Positions 36,752 through 50,667 of a stretch of DNA of 64,000 nt are shown piece by piece. The notes beneath the pieces were generated by a model. The model was given only the letters and a program-made list of their open reading frames with translations. It was not told where the DNA came from and made no database searches. The stretch's first letter is position 1. Each line of letters opens with the position of its first letter. The translations under genes and the position numbers were made by a program. The DNA is from Selaginella moellendorffii (lineage: Eukaryota > Plantae > Lycopodiophyta), in the NCBI RefSeq assembly GCF_000143415.4, contig NW_003314293.1:836062-900061 (forward strand). Direction: 5' to 3'.

Positions 36752-37155
36752 CTAGCAGCAGCAGCAAGAGCAGCGGCAGCAGCAGCAATCGTCCTTTGGC
36801 TTGGGCTTTTCCACCTTGATCTCCTGGACGGATTCCACAGAAATACACTTGTGTTTCTTCTTGGTGGCCTTGAGGATGTCGTCCACCTTGAAATCACCCG
36901 TGACGGTGTAAAGGGGATCGTTAACCTCCACTTTCTTCACACCTGCAAGAGCACGAAGATCTCTTGATCAGCGATCAAAATTTGGGAGAATTTGCGGAAA
37001 TCTACACTCACCGGAGACGCCGTGATAGATCTGAGACATCATCCTGTCCTTGCATTTGTTGCAAGAGTCCACTTTCAAGACAACCTGCAGCACAGAGCTC
37101 GAGATCAAACAAGGCTCAACGAAATCAGAGACGCAATGCTCACCTTCCAAGCCAT
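36752..37155 (-). CDS. Heavy-metal-associated (HMA) domain protein with poly-Cys C-terminus, 91 aa
   Basis: Exons 37155-37144, 37084-37012 and 36942-36752 with in-phase GT-AG introns give MAWKVVLKVDSCNKCKDRMMSQIYHGVSGVKKVEVNDPLYTVTGDFKVDDILKATKKK...DDCCCCRCSCCCC. Confidence 0.85.
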
Positions 37156-39261
37156 CTTGATTGTCTACGAATTTGCAGATCACAGTTGTGAAATTCGCAG
37201 CTTTGACAAGCTTGAGACACTAGATACGGAATGAAGAGGGCCCTGCTGCTGACTGGGGAGACGTCATGAATTTATATCCGAGCAGCAGTCGGATGGAATG
37301 CTTTCCACTCGTTTTACGCGGAAAGTTTCCCGTAGGAATTGCCGCGTGGAAGCCGTCTTTGTATGTACAATGAATCCCGCGCACGTTCGTAAAGAGAAAA
37401 CGTTTTTTTTATTATAATACTTTTTATATCGAGTCATTAAGACCTATAATCCGTTTGGCGCCAAAGCCCTAATTGTTTGAACAGAAATGTAGGGTTTGAT
37501 CGCTGGCGTGCAAGACCTGGCGCGCTCACACCGCCTGGATCGGCACTGTTGTCGTGCTGTGGAAGATCGCCCCCAATTCGACAACCAGGGCGTCATGATC
37601 CAGAAGGAGCGCCGCTCGAATCTGTGGCAAGCACGAAACAAAGAACAAGGCCAGAGAACTCTTCCGTTCCTGGCCGAGGTTGCCAAACTTTCCTTCTTCT
37701 TTCTTCTATGAAGATGGAGATGGAGCTCCAATCTCTCTCCATCATCTAACCATCCTTCTAGCGATGGAACACACTCACTTATTCCATCCAGAAACCTTAA
37801 AAACATCATAGTCCGCATGGATAATTAAGAGGGCGAGACCGATCGACAAGCTATAGGAGTAATGTTGTACAGCTGCTGATGACGACTGGCGATGGCGATG
37901 ATCATCCTCAAGTCAGCATGGAAATCCTACTCCACAGGGAATTGCTCCTGTCGAGAGAGTTAACTCACCAATGTAGGCCGTGGGCTTGGCAGCGAGGCTC
38001 GAGGTTTTGCCATAGACCGATCCAGCTCTCCAGACGTGATGAAGTACGCTCCATTCAGGAACAAGTTCTTCTCGGATCTCCCGTGCCAGCTCTTCCAGAT
38101 TGATTTCTCAGTGTACTCTCGCTTTATGATCAAACATCAGTTTTGTAGCCTATACAAAGAAAAAGTTCAAAAAAGCTTTACCTCTTTCGAGTTTTTGCAA
38201 AGAATGTATTGCCTTCGGTGTTAATTGTGGGATTTGGGCTGCTTCCAATGGCGTGCATCTTCCATTCATTTAGTTGTAGTTTTATGGTATTAGCATTTGT
38301 GTAGTCATGGTTGACAACGTGGAAGTATCCGTGTCGGCATCTACCAAAGCAAAAGAAGAAAACGAAATCCAGTTTAGAAAAGCCAAACCCGTGCAAAGAA
38401 AGCAAAAGTATGAGGCTGACCTCGACATTCTTTCGACTAACCCTGTTTAAAGTGATTGTAAGCTACAGTCACTTGCATTGCCCGGTCTGCAGTGTAATCG
38501 TCGTTGTGTGTCCCAGGAGCATCCAAAGCATGAAAAAAACCAGTTACGATGCCAGAAATGTTCGAGCAAAGACACAAGAACACATCAAGAAAACTTCAAG
38601 ATGATCCACAGCGGATCATGCCGTAGCGCAGCGTGCCGGGCTTGGGATTCACTGGGTTGTCGTCGCACAACGTAGATTTCCCCGTTCTTACCCCCGAGGC
38701 CAAATCCTCGCGCATTCGGCCAAGTGTTTGCGATTGTTGTGCCATTTTGGGTCGCAGCGCCAGCAGTCGTCGATCGGATTGCCGCTGCTACCACAGCAGA
38801 ACGCTTCCCTCCTTACCTCCGAGAAAGAAAGAAACAAACCCGGAGTGAGTCAAAACTTTGCTCGATCTCCTCCACTTCCGGGCAGCGCTCCAAAGATTCA
38901 GATAGTGTAGTCTAAAGATGAGGAAAAACAAAGCCAAGAAAATGTGGGTGGGTTTCTAGGCTATAGTTTATTATGGATGAGCAAGAGGAGCAGCAAGATG
39001 CGGAGGACGCGCTCGTCCTCTTCCCAGCACCAGCGCCAGCGCTAGCAGACCTTGTGGAGGTGCGCGATGACGCTGGAGATGGCGTCGTGGACGTAATCGC
39101 AGAGGTGGAGCTCCACGCCGTCCTTCTGGACCTGGTTGTCAAATTGGGGGCGATCTTCCACAGGCGGCCATCGCACGAAGCAAGCCGATCTAGGGCCAGG
39201 CCTTGCAGACCGTCAGCAACAAAAGGAAATTGAGAGCGTGGTACCAGAAGATCTGGAGGAA

Positions 39262-40395
39262 GCACTTGATATTATCTATCTATTGACCTTTGGGTTTGGG
39301 CCAGTATATGCAGACTGGCTTCAGCACTTCGTGTGCATGGTGAAATCTCTAATTATGGGGTAGCTACTGTAAATTGGTCACATCACCTGCCTCTCTCTCG
39401 ATGTTCCTTATTTCCTTAAAAAGGGTATAACTGCATAATTAACTCTAACTACTTGTTTACAGTAGTTTATCTAAACTTTACCGACGGATTTGGTTTCTTT
39501 GCTCAAGAGGGTTGGGGCCTCTGGCTTCTCTCTCTATGTCCCTACAGGCAGGGGTGTATCACACTTTTGTAAACTGGGTGACACATAGAGCAGTAAGGGT
39601 GGCTAACTCTATTAGTCATTTCCTTGTTGGCGATAACCGGAAGGTGTCTAAGTTAGTAGTGCATCCGCATTAGACAAAGAGGTTACGCTAACTTGTTTAA
39701 GTTGGTGCATTTCTCACATAGTGTGATCACTATGAACTTTTTCTAGAATTTTGTTGGATGGTGAATCTTATGTTTTCCAATTATGATGATCTTAATGGTT
39801 CCTATACTATCATACTAGTTTATCGACTGATAACTTACTTGGAATACTTTTGTATTCTAATCTAAGATTTATTCATTGATAATTAAGTCTCTAAGATATC
39901 ATTGTCTCTGACTTTGATATTATCTATCTATTGACCTTTGGGTTTGGGCCAGTATAGGCAGACTAGCTTCAGCACTTTGTGTGCATGGTGAAATCTCTAA
40001 TTATGGGGTAGCTACTGTAAATTGGTCACATCACCTGCCTCTCTCTCGATGTTCCTTATTCCTTTAAAAAGGGTATAACTGTATAAACAACTCTAAGTAC
40101 TTGTTTACAGTAGTCTATCTAAACTTTACTGATGGGTTTGGTTTCTTTGTTTAGGAGGGTTGGGGCCTCTAGCTTCTCTCTCTATGTCCTTGTTAGCAGG
40201 GGCATATCACACTTTTGTAAACTAGGTGACACCTAGAGTAGCAAAGGTGGCTAACTCCGTTGGTCATTTCCTTGTCAGTGACAGCTGGAAGGTGTCTGAG
40301 TTGGTAGCATTTGAGTTAGAGAAAGAAGTTGCCTTTTAACTCATTTAAGTTAGTGCATTTCTCATATAGTGTGATCATTGTGAATTGTTTCTAAA
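39262..40395 (+). repeat. Imperfect ~480-bp direct duplication in a decayed retrotransposon 3' region
   Basis: acttgatattatctatctattgacc... at ~39262 recurs at ~39911. Confidence 0.85.
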
Positions 40396-40469
40396 GTTGT
40401 TTCCTTGTTGGTGGTTTACACTAAAATATGCATCGACGAGGACGTCAATCTTCCCTAAGGGGGGGAGAG

Positions 40470-40925
40470 TGTCGCAAATGTGGCTTTAGGTATCGAAAGT
40501 TATCTATCGACTAATCCTTTTGAATATTCTTTCCTTACCACCACGATAGCAGGAGGTTGATATTGTTGAACCCTTTATGACTCCCTCTTGTTCAAGTGTT
40601 AGTAAACTAGACTTGGCATCTGTAATTGGCCAAAAGAGCATAAGGAAGGAATTCCCAAATGACTATTTAGCCAAACATACTTGGCCTAACTTGTTAGTTC
40701 TCTTTTGCTTTATCTTGCACAAGAACTGTTGCATATTAAGTCTAGTCCCTCAATATCACTATGTGATAGCTTACAGTGTCTACCAAACACTTTCGCTATC
40801 ATACACCTTGTGTTAGTACTCTTTAGTTTCAATTGCTTTTTATGGAAAGTGTCTAGATTTGCTAATTTGGGATATTTACATAATGTAAAGATTATCTTGA
40901 ATATAATGGTATTTATCCTCCCTAA
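40470..40925 (+). mobile_element. Family B LTR, 5' part, with upstream PPT
   Basis: AAGGGGGGGAGAG followed by TGTCGCAAATGTGGC. Confidence 0.8.
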
Positions 40926-40927
40926 TG

Positions 40928-41455
40928 TCATATAATTGTATTAAATAAAAAAAAAAAACTGAAAAAATATTTTTCATAAACCTTCTAGTGGTTGGAGAGG
41001 ATTAGGATTTAACATCAAATCATTGTATATGTGGGCAGTGCCCTCGCTTGCTCATACTTCCTTCGAGCTTGTAGGCCAGAACAACTCTCATGTACAAGGG
41101 CAGGATGTGAGATTCCATAGTCGGGCAAGGAAGAACTAATAGGAGGAAAAGTGATGGTGCTTGTCTGAGGTTCTTGAATCAGGCCACACCAAGGAGCTGA
41201 GGGTGCAGCTTCAAGCTCTCATGAGGATTTGTTCCATAGGTGGTCATGACGAGGAAGAGAAAGCAGCACTTACCACGACTGGCAATGAAATGCTGGAGAA
41301 GCTCCAAAGGGAGCTGTCTTGTTGTCTGTAAGGTTCACTTCTCTTTTCTTGCTTTGATTTCTCTTTCATTTAACTCATATTTTCGAACTGCGCTGATCTA
41401 CATAGAGAGTTTATTCTGGAGCAAGCATCAAGGCCATGGCGATCTCAGCCAGCCA
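40928..41455 (-). repeat. Inverted, diverged partial copy of ~5215-5760
   Basis: Reverse complement of the region upstream of the NTPase gene. Confidence 0.85.
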
Positions 41456-41956
41456 TGAAAAGTAGCTTGAAGGTCTGGATTTTGTTTCATCAGATCTCGG
41501 ACTTCTGTGTGATCTGTCCATCCTCTAGGTCCGGACTGGCATCAATACTCCTGTTTTCTATGTATCATCCCAAATACTGCATATGGAAGTCCTACTAAAG
41601 CGTCCAGAGATGCATGAGTTTGCCCAAGCCTTGAGCCATACGTTTCAAGGCTCTATGCCGAGTGACGAGATAGACATGAAGGACAGGTCTCTTGTTTCTT
41701 ATTTGTGGCCTTTGACAGGAAGGGCCTCAGCCAAGTTTTCAAGTAGAGGCTGCATTGAGTGGAGACAATTGCCGTAAAGTCTTTCAGTGACAAGTATCCC
41801 ATATAATTGGTAGGAGTTTTTACTTTTCCAAACTTATCATGTTTCATAAAATAGGAAGAATGGACAACAGCTTAGAGGACTCGGAAGTAGAGCTAGAAAA
41901 ACGTGAGTCTTCGTGGTTTTATATCAGTAAACTGTGTGTTGAGAACTACTAATGAA

Positions 41957-44245
41957 GAGTTTGACCATCCAACGAGCTTGCCTAGTGTTCAACAACTTCT
42001 ATGTGAAAAGATACACAAGTGGTTTGTGATCTGTCAACACCACGAACACTGCACCATAAAGATAGTACTGCCACATCCGCAAAGCATAAACAATAGAGAG
42101 TAACTCTTGCTCATATGTGGAATAGCGTTGCTCTGTGGAATTCAAAGTTCAACTCTCATATGCAATAGGCTGTCCCTTTTGCATGAGAACTCCTCCCAGT
42201 GCATAACCATTCGCATTGCATATCACCTCGTAAGGTTTCGAGGGATCAGCAATCCAAAGCACTGGAGTTTCGCTCAACAATCGTTTCAGCGCCACAAAAC
42301 TCTCCTCTTGTGGCTGCTTCCACTCGAATGGCACATTCTTGCGTAACAACTGTGTCAAAGGAATAACCACCTCGGCACACTTATGCTGGAAACATCGGTA
42401 GTAACTAACCATACCAAGAAAACTACGCAACTCGGCCACTGTAGTTGGTGTAGGCTAGTTTTCCACCACAGCCACCTTCCTTGGATCCATCTTGACACCT
42501 TTAGATGTCACAATTTGGCCTAGATATTCCACCTCCAACATTGCAAATTCACATTTGCTCTTCTTTGCATAAAGTTTTTTATCTCAGAGTAACAAAAGAA
42601 CCTTGCACAAATGCATCTTATGCTACTCCATATTCTTGCTAAAAAGAAGAATATCGTCCAAGAAAATCTCCACAAACTCATGAAGATAACGCCCAAATAC
42701 CTCCGTCATCAACCGAGTAAATGTGGCTGGTGCATTCGTCAAACCAAACGGCATAACTGTAAACTCAAAATGTCCGAAGCTTGTGTTGAATGCCGCGTGT
42801 GACCAAGCCATGGTCTGCAACAAAAGTTGTCATCGCTCCCACTATATAGTAAAATCCGCACTAGATCACCATAAAACACGCCTTCCAGCACTAAAGCTGA
42901 TTCACGTGTATCCTTAAGCTCCATCTTGTTCCACACACAGTTAAGCTAACGAGCAACGATTGAAAGTCTCTTCCTCCGATTGGAATGGTCTCATCCTCAC
43001 GCTGCAAAGTTTGCAACTTTTTAGTATCGGACTTACTGTGAGAAGAAGATTGGCCATTCTTCTTGTTCTACTGCTTGTTCTAAAACTATGGACAATCAGC
43101 CTTGTAGTGTCTAAGTTCACCACAATGATGACAACCCTGTCTATAATTCTTCACAAAGAACTTCTGCTTTCTGGACCCCTTTGCATCCGAAGTAGTCACC
43201 ACCGACTTCAACTTGTGATACTTGTTCCCATCCTTATGTCCACGGCGATCATCACGAAGATTCTCGACAGAAGGACTCCGGGAACGCTTGCGAGACTTGT
43301 GCTTGTCATTGTCAAGTCGACAAGCCACATCAAAGAGCTCCTTTAAACTCTTTGTAGGCTGAGAATGACGCAAGTGTTGCCGCATGCTCTCACTATGTAG
43401 GCCATCAATGAAGTAGGACTTGTTTTGATCTAGATCCTTCGTTGGAACATGACTAATCAAGCGAGTAAGCTTCTCAATATAGTCCCCGAGTGTTATTTTC
43501 CCTTGCTGGAAATGTCAAAGTTCTGTACGAGCATTCTCCACGTCGTAATGAGGGGCAAAACATAAACAGAAAGCAGCCTCAAACTCATCCATGGTAGATA
43601 TTAGTGGTTTCTTATCTGCAACACAAGACTCCTCAAACCAATTCCACCATCGAAGACCCGCATCACGCAAAACCATTGGAATAGCCACTAAAGCCTCTGC
43701 ATCTAGAGTTCCCCTAGCAGCCAAGAACTTCTTCACATTAGCTAGCCAAGCGAGACACTCGTCCACACCACCGTCACTAGAAAAGGTTGGAATTTTGAGT
43801 CGATCTACCAAAGAAGGCTTACTTGGAGCGTTATCACTTCTAGCCTCGAGTGCCTCAACACACCCACTCATAGTATCCATCATGCCATGCATCTTGTCTT
43901 GCATCTCTTACTGATTTCGATTAAGGGCTCGCAACTCGTGAACCACATCTTGAATGGTCCAAATCTCCACAGCTTCGTCGGCACCATCATTGGCACCACC
44001 ATCGATAATAGGATTCCAGCGTTCAGCTTGGTTAGCCATCGCAACCAACTCCTCTGATACTAATGTTATGATCTAGTGCAAAAAGACAGAGATCTAGTCA
44101 CCCTAGACTATGCTACGCCACCTCTTGAGGTTCCTCACCACCCAACCACCCCCAAGCTACCTCAAACACTGCCACTCCATTGTGAGCCCTAGGGTCGGTT
44201 AAGTCCCTCACCCTAATATGCCTTAATATATCCTTGAGCCTCCCT
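41957..44245 (-). mobile_element. Internally deleted gypsy family A copy (partial 5' LTR 44064-44245, PBS, gag with zinc knuckle, protease fragment, RT, RNase H)
   Basis: CHHCGELRHYKADC knuckle, FLDD, GYALGGVL. Reverse PBS ctctgatactaa at 44052-44063. Confidence 0.9.
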
Positions 44246-45954
44246 CAGCAGTTGGTATGGTGTGCCCTAGACACCTAGAAACACACTTGCCTTTGCTATG
44301 CTCGCCAACTTTCTAGAAGAGGGCCAAGCAAACAGTAGTTCGCGGAATCTATTATTTGAGATCATTCCATGCCTTTTGATTTGGGCCATTTTGGTTGGCA
44401 CGGTGGTTTTGGGGTTTAAAATTCAATCGTGGTCAACCTAACACTTCTACTGTGCCACCATGAGATTCAACTTACAAGTCCGCAACTAAGTGGACCACCA
44501 ATGACTAAAGGCCTCTTTTTTTTACAGATGTAGTACATTCCATGACCATGACAATGGTCGAGGATTGGAGAGATTTATGAGAAGCTCGGTTTTGCACAAG
44601 CCAGTGAGGACAGATAATGGGGAATAACTTCTTCAGAAAGAAGAAACTAAGAGAATGAGCTTCTTTTTTTCCTTAGATTGCAGGTAACCTTGTTCTGTTT
44701 TCAGTTCCTTATGGCATTGCCCTTGTGATAGAAACGGAGAAAAGAAACGCCTGTGGCACTGCAAGATGACATTTTGGAGACGGTTCTCAGCTATGTGGAC
44801 CTGGCCACCAAGTGAGCACATCATGGAAAGCCATCATCAGTGATCTATCCTTTCACCGCCACTGGTGCCAAAACAGTGGCCACAAGGAATCCTTGCGGCT
44901 TATGACTAGCTCCTTCCCCCACGGTGAGCATTGCCATGCCTGGGATCCATCATGGCCAAAATACAGCGTGAAGTTTCCGAAAATTTCCTCCCACTCTAGT
45001 CATTGCTTCCGTAGGTGGTTTGGTATGTGTCTTCAGGACGCACAGGGGCATGGTTGACCATGCTGATGTGTTTCACCTGGTGGTGGGGAATCCAGTGACC
45101 CAAGGGTGGAGTTAACTACCACTGCTCCATTGGGAGGACAGAAAGATATAGTGGGAGTAATCTGGAAAATGTTAATAATGTTGATATATGTGATTAATCT
45201 CATCATACACTTAATAGTGGACATCACAGCCATGACCACATCCTTGCCCTTGTCCTTAAACACGAAAAGCAATAATATCAACCTTCATCAAAATAAAACC
45301 ATCTCTAATTGGAAATGGAGTTGAAGGATGTACAATTAAAAGTGGAAGAGCTAATATCTTATAATGTTATGTTAGTCAAAGAGTATAGTCAAGGGTGGCT
45401 AGAGCAAGTGTATACACAAGTTCCATAAGATTTTGACGAAGTGCTAAATTTGATGCACTCTGATATATTTAGTTTTGCATAAGGCAAAAGGCTCTAGAAG
45501 CAAATGCCAAATTGCATCACTGATTCAAATAGCCTTTGACAAATACAATGTAATTGTTGAAAGGCATTGTCATAATCGTTAATATGTCCAAATGCATGCT
45601 TGAAGATATTTGGGAAAATGGTCCAATCCATATGAGAAGCTATGCTCAAACCATTGTACTACTACAATACTATTCTTTGGAGACACGTAGGAAACTCATG
45701 CAAATACCAAACATCATCATAAAAATGATAGGTGGCAATCATTGTAAAGTGATCAAACCAATATTGCACATCTTCCCATGGAAAAACTCCAGCCAAACAT
45801 GAAGATTGGTAGCAGAGCAAAAGAAATTCTACTATATACTGTAAATATTGCTATTATTTGAATTTATTGTTTAATTGCAACCACATATCATCAAACAATT
45901 CCATCTAGAGTTAAATGAGAAAGAGGCTACTACTTTGCCATGAAGATGAAGGGA

Positions 45955-46833
45955 CAGGAGCCTGGAGCGACTTGGAACAGTCCTAGAGCAACCAGCATCC
46001 CAATGCCAGGACCAGCACGCAAAACAAAGCCAAACGGAGTCTAGCGCTATTTCGGCATACCAGTGGCCTAACATGAGGATATAGGTACTCCACCAACTAG
46101 CATGGAATGGAACTTGGGCTTAGACCCAAGCCGGACGCAGAACAAGGACAGGCACGTAAGCGGGAACTAGACTATGCCTCAGGTTGGTCGGCCATGCCCG
46201 ACCTACCCACTATCCCTACTATACATTTGGAACCCCCCACAGCCCCCCCCCCCCTTGAGGAACACACGCTTTGGGCTTTCACCCCAAGCCTCCCTTAGTA
46301 CTAGGAGTTAGTCTCTGGGACAAGCTCGAAACTTACTAAATATGGAATGTCCTTAGATTGCGAATTTGGACATGGGACGAACACCATTGTGTTCAGGACG
46401 ATCCCTATATTCCGTAGATATGCCAAATGAGCAAATCTGGACACTTTCCATAAATAGCATTTAGGACCGAAATGAGACTAACACAAAAGGCATGATAGCG
46501 AGGGTGCTTGGCAGACACGGTAAGCTATCATGTAGCGATATTAAGGGACTAATCTCAATACGCGAGGGTTCTTGTCACTAGCAAGTGCAAGACAAAACGA
46601 GACGAGAACTCCTTACCGGGCTAAGTATGCTTAGCTAATAATACGTAAGAATTCCGTCCTTATGCTCGTCCGGTCTAAATACACTCAAAATGCCCAGTTA
46701 ACTCCACTAGCACAAGAGGTATTGATAAAGGGTCCAGCAATACCAACCTCCTACCATCGTGGCAGTAAGGTAAGAGTGTCCGTAAGGACTGGTCGACAGG
46801 TAGCTTTCGATACCCGAAGTCACATTCGCAACA
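45955..46833 (-). mobile_element. Family B LTR, partial and inverted
   Basis: Reverse complement of 49578-50450. Confidence 0.8.
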
Positions 46834-47329
46834 GATATAAATGATGCAAAAGCTAAATCTAAACTAAAAGCCTAAATGTAAGCACTCCTCAAGGATAATT
46901 TAAATTGCCCCTCATCTTTACCAATGGAATATGGAAATGAAATACAAAAATGTGCATATCAATAGTTTAAAAACCCTATCTTATTTATAAGAGCGAGTGG
47001 TATGGATTGAAACCAATTTAATAGCTATCAAAATAATATTACATTAATATTTATTTATAGTATCATTTCTGTACACATGAAGCTTACAGTATCTATTTAA
47101 ATTAAAAATAAATTTATTTAAATTTTATTTTTGTATTTATACTTTATTAAGTTTCTATTAATATATATTTAATATATATTTCAGTCTTGGAAATATAGAT
47201 AGAGTTTATTCTTTGATGTGATATTACTTTTGAGTATTTCGAAAGATTTCAATTTCTTTTATTATTATTCATAAACAATATCCATTCTTACATTTCATAC
47301 ACCATAATCCTTTAAGTTCTTGATTGTAA

Positions 47330-47940
47330 CTTTCTTGAGTAATTTGGTGAATTCTTGATTCTTATCTTTTTTCTTAACTTTGAGTTTGTAATCTTCCTCA
47401 TCATCATAAGAGTCATTAGTCCTTGATGTTTCTACTCTTGAAAATTTTCGGATATGTTTTTAGAGGTCATCTCTGATTTCTTCTTTGATTTTCTCAAAGA
47501 TATTATTGATGGTGGTCGCAACATCTAAATCTTCTTCCGTACTTGCTAGAGTGACAATTTGCTAATAGATTTTCTTCAATACCTATACATACCAAATGTA
47601 CTTACTTTGTTTAGTGAGTAGATCTTTGCAATGCTTTGCATGATATTTGAATCTTTGGGTATTTTATCTGATGCTCTTAAGGTGTTCTAGGTGTATGTTT
47701 GTTGTGCTGCTAAGTTGATCTTTTCTTTGTAGTTGAGTTTTTCTTCAAGGTTGTAGTACCATTCGAGTGCTTTGCCTTTGAGTGTAAAAGGAAAGAGGAG
47801 TGCTTCATTTACTTGTTGTTGATTAACTTTGATAATAAAGTTGAATTGTTAAAGATGTCTTTTTGCATCTTCGGTTTTACTTCTAGTGAAATTTAGGTAG
47901 GTGGTTATGTTGTCATATAATGTTGCTGGGTTGATGAGTG
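47330..47940 (-). pseudogene. Decayed retrotransposon gag fragment
   Basis: The minus strand reads LFPFTLKGKALEWYYNL near 47750-47800. Confidence 0.6.
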
Positions 47941-47993
47941 CCATGTCTTCAGTATTATTTGGAATTTATTATGTTGGTGATGGTGGATATGAT

Positions 47994-49072
47994 TGTCATG
48001 AATGTGACTGCGGGTATCGAAAGTTACCTGTCAGCTAGTCCTTTCGAATATTCTTTCTTTACTGCCACGACAGTAGGAAGTTAGTATTGTAAAACCCTTA
48101 TCAGTCCCTCTTGTTCAAGTGTTAGTAAATTGGGCTTAGCACGTGTACTTAGCCAGATGGATATAAGGTAAGAACTTCTATGTGTTTCTAACTGAGCATA
48201 CTCGGCCTGGCTCTTAATTCTCTTTTGTTTTGTCTTGCACTGGCTTGACAAAAACCCTCATGTGTTGAGACTAGTCCCTCAATATCGCTAAATGATAGCA
48301 AACACCTTCGTTATCATGCCTGTTGTGTTGGTCTCATTTCGTCCCAAATGCTATTTATAAAAAGTGTTTAGATTTACTCATTTGGTATATCTATAGAATG
48401 TAAAGATTTTTCTGAACACAATGGTGTTTGTCTTGTGTCTAAACTCACTATTTAGGGATATTCCATATTTAGTAAGTTTTGAGCTTATCCCAGAGATCAA
48501 CTCCTAGTACTAAAGGTGGCTAAGGGTGAAAGCCTAAAGCATGTGTTTCTCATTGGGGGAGGGGGGCGGGGTTCCAAATGTATAGTAGGAATAGTGGGTA
48601 GGTCTGGCATGGTTGACCAACCTGAGGTATAATATAATTCTCACTTGTGTGTTTATCTTTGTTCTACATCTGGCTTGAGTCTAAACCCAAGTTTCATACC
48701 ATGCTAGTTAATAGAGTACCATATCCTTGCATTAAGCCACCGGTATGCTGAAATAGCACTAGCATTAGGATGTTGTATACTCTAGGATTATTCCAAGTCG
48801 CTTCGTGCTTCTATCCCTTCGCTCCTTGAATTATACATTCAAAAGTCACCCCGTGTTCCTAACTCCTTCATTCCTTGGCTCCATGTTTAGGAGTTTGGCT
48901 CTGTTCCTTTATTCAGTGGCCTAAGGCCCTAAAACTCATGTTCCACTCCATTGTCCTTTGGACATGTGGCATATGGCACATGGCATGCAACATGTGGCAT
49001 ATGGAGGGTTTAGGTTCCATTTTATGGTTATCCTATAGTAAATCACCATAGGATAAAGGGTAAATACCACAT
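47994..49072 (+). mobile_element. Family B LTR, diverged
   Basis: TGTCATGAATGTGAC start, collinear with 49578-50667. Confidence 0.8.
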
Positions 49073-49470
49073 TGTAACACACCTTATCTTTCTTCCCTTA
49101 AGCCAACTGGAAAATGGGCAATTGCTTGATGAGAGAACCCTTAGTGGCTATTTTATCCCCATTTATCCCCAAAGGTTCCAAAAATCCACAATAACAGTAT
49201 ATCCAAATCTCATCCTATGATCATATGCATTACACTCACCCCCCCTTTAGAGATGTCAATGTCCTCATTGACTATTGACTAACAACCCCTACTGAGCCAA
49301 GGGTAACTAACACCTCCATTTCCACACTGAATTTACCAATCCTTCCATTGTGTAGATTAGCTATTCCATGTGAAGCAACTAGTCAGCCACCCGTATTGCA
49401 GTCTCACGGTGGATACCTTCGTCCATGGATACTCCACACAAGAGGAAGGACGTAGGCATGGACGTATGCA
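49073..49470 (-). mobile_element. Inverted partial copy of the TRIM
   Basis: Reverse complement of ~2620-2953, with a PPT (ctcacccccccttt on the plus strand). Confidence 0.8.
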
Positions 49471-49577
49471 TAGACACCATCGCTAGTGGTGGTATATCTT
49501 TGTCTAGTTGTAAATCTTTTACTATTGAGTTGTCTTCAATTTTTGTTATAGTTGTGAAGCTTGATTTGTTGACTTGT

Positions 49578-50667
49578 TATCACGAATGTGACTTCAGGTA
49601 TCGAAAGTTACCTGTCGGCCAGTCCTTTTGGATATTCTTTTCTTACTACCACAACGGCAAGAGGTCGGTATTGCTAGACCTTTTATTAGCCCCTCTTGTT
49701 CAAGTGCTAGTAAACTAAGCTTTGCATCTATACTTGGCCGGATGAGCATAAGGATGGAATTCCTAAGTGTCTATCCAGCCAAGCATACTTCGCCTGGCTT
49801 TTTAGTTCTCTTTTGCTCTGTCTTGCACTGGCTTGACAAAACACCTTACGTATTGAGACTAGTCTCTTAATATCACTAGATGATAGCTTACCATCTCTGT
49901 CAAACACCCTCACTATCATGCCCTTTATGTTAGTCTCATTTCGGTCCCAAATGCTATTTATGGAAAGTGTCTAGATTTGCTCATTTGCCATATCTACAGA
50001 ATGTAGAGATTGGCTTGAACACAATAGTGTTCGTCCCGTGTCCAAATTCGCGATCTAGCGCCATTCTATATTTAGTAAGTTTTGAGCTTGTTCTATAGAC
50101 TAACTCCTGATACTAAAGGAGGCTTGGGGTGAAAGCCCAAAGCGTGTGTTCCTCAGGGGGGGGACTGTGGGGGCTTCTAAATGTATAGTAGGGATAGTGG
50201 GTAGGTCAGGCATGGTTGACCAACCTAAGGCATAATCTAGCTCTTACTTGCTTGCCTGTCCTTGTTTTGCGTCCGGCTTGGGTCTAAGCCCAAGCTCCAC
50301 ACTATGCTAGCTAGTGGAGTACCTATATCCTCGCATTAGGCCACCGGTATGCTGAAATAGCCCCAGACTTCGTTTAACTTCGTTTTGTGTGTTGCTCCTA
50401 GCATTAGGATGTTGGTTACTCTAGGACTGTTCCAAGTCGCTCCAGGCTCCTATCCCTTCGCTCCTTGGGCTGTATGCTTGGGAGTTACTCCATGGTTCGC
50501 TTCCGTCACTCCTCCATGTTTGGGAGTTTGGCACCGTTCCTTCGTTCAGTGGCCCAAGGCCCTGAACCTCGGGTTCCGCACCACTATCCTTTGGACACAT
50601 GGCACTTTGTGGTGTTATTCTATGGTAAACCACCATAGGATAAAGGGTAAAATCCACGTGCACTACA
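49578..50667 (+). mobile_element. Family B solo LTR
   Basis: TA(TG)TCACGAATG...CACTACA flanked by 5-bp TSD CTTGT on both sides. Confidence 0.85.
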
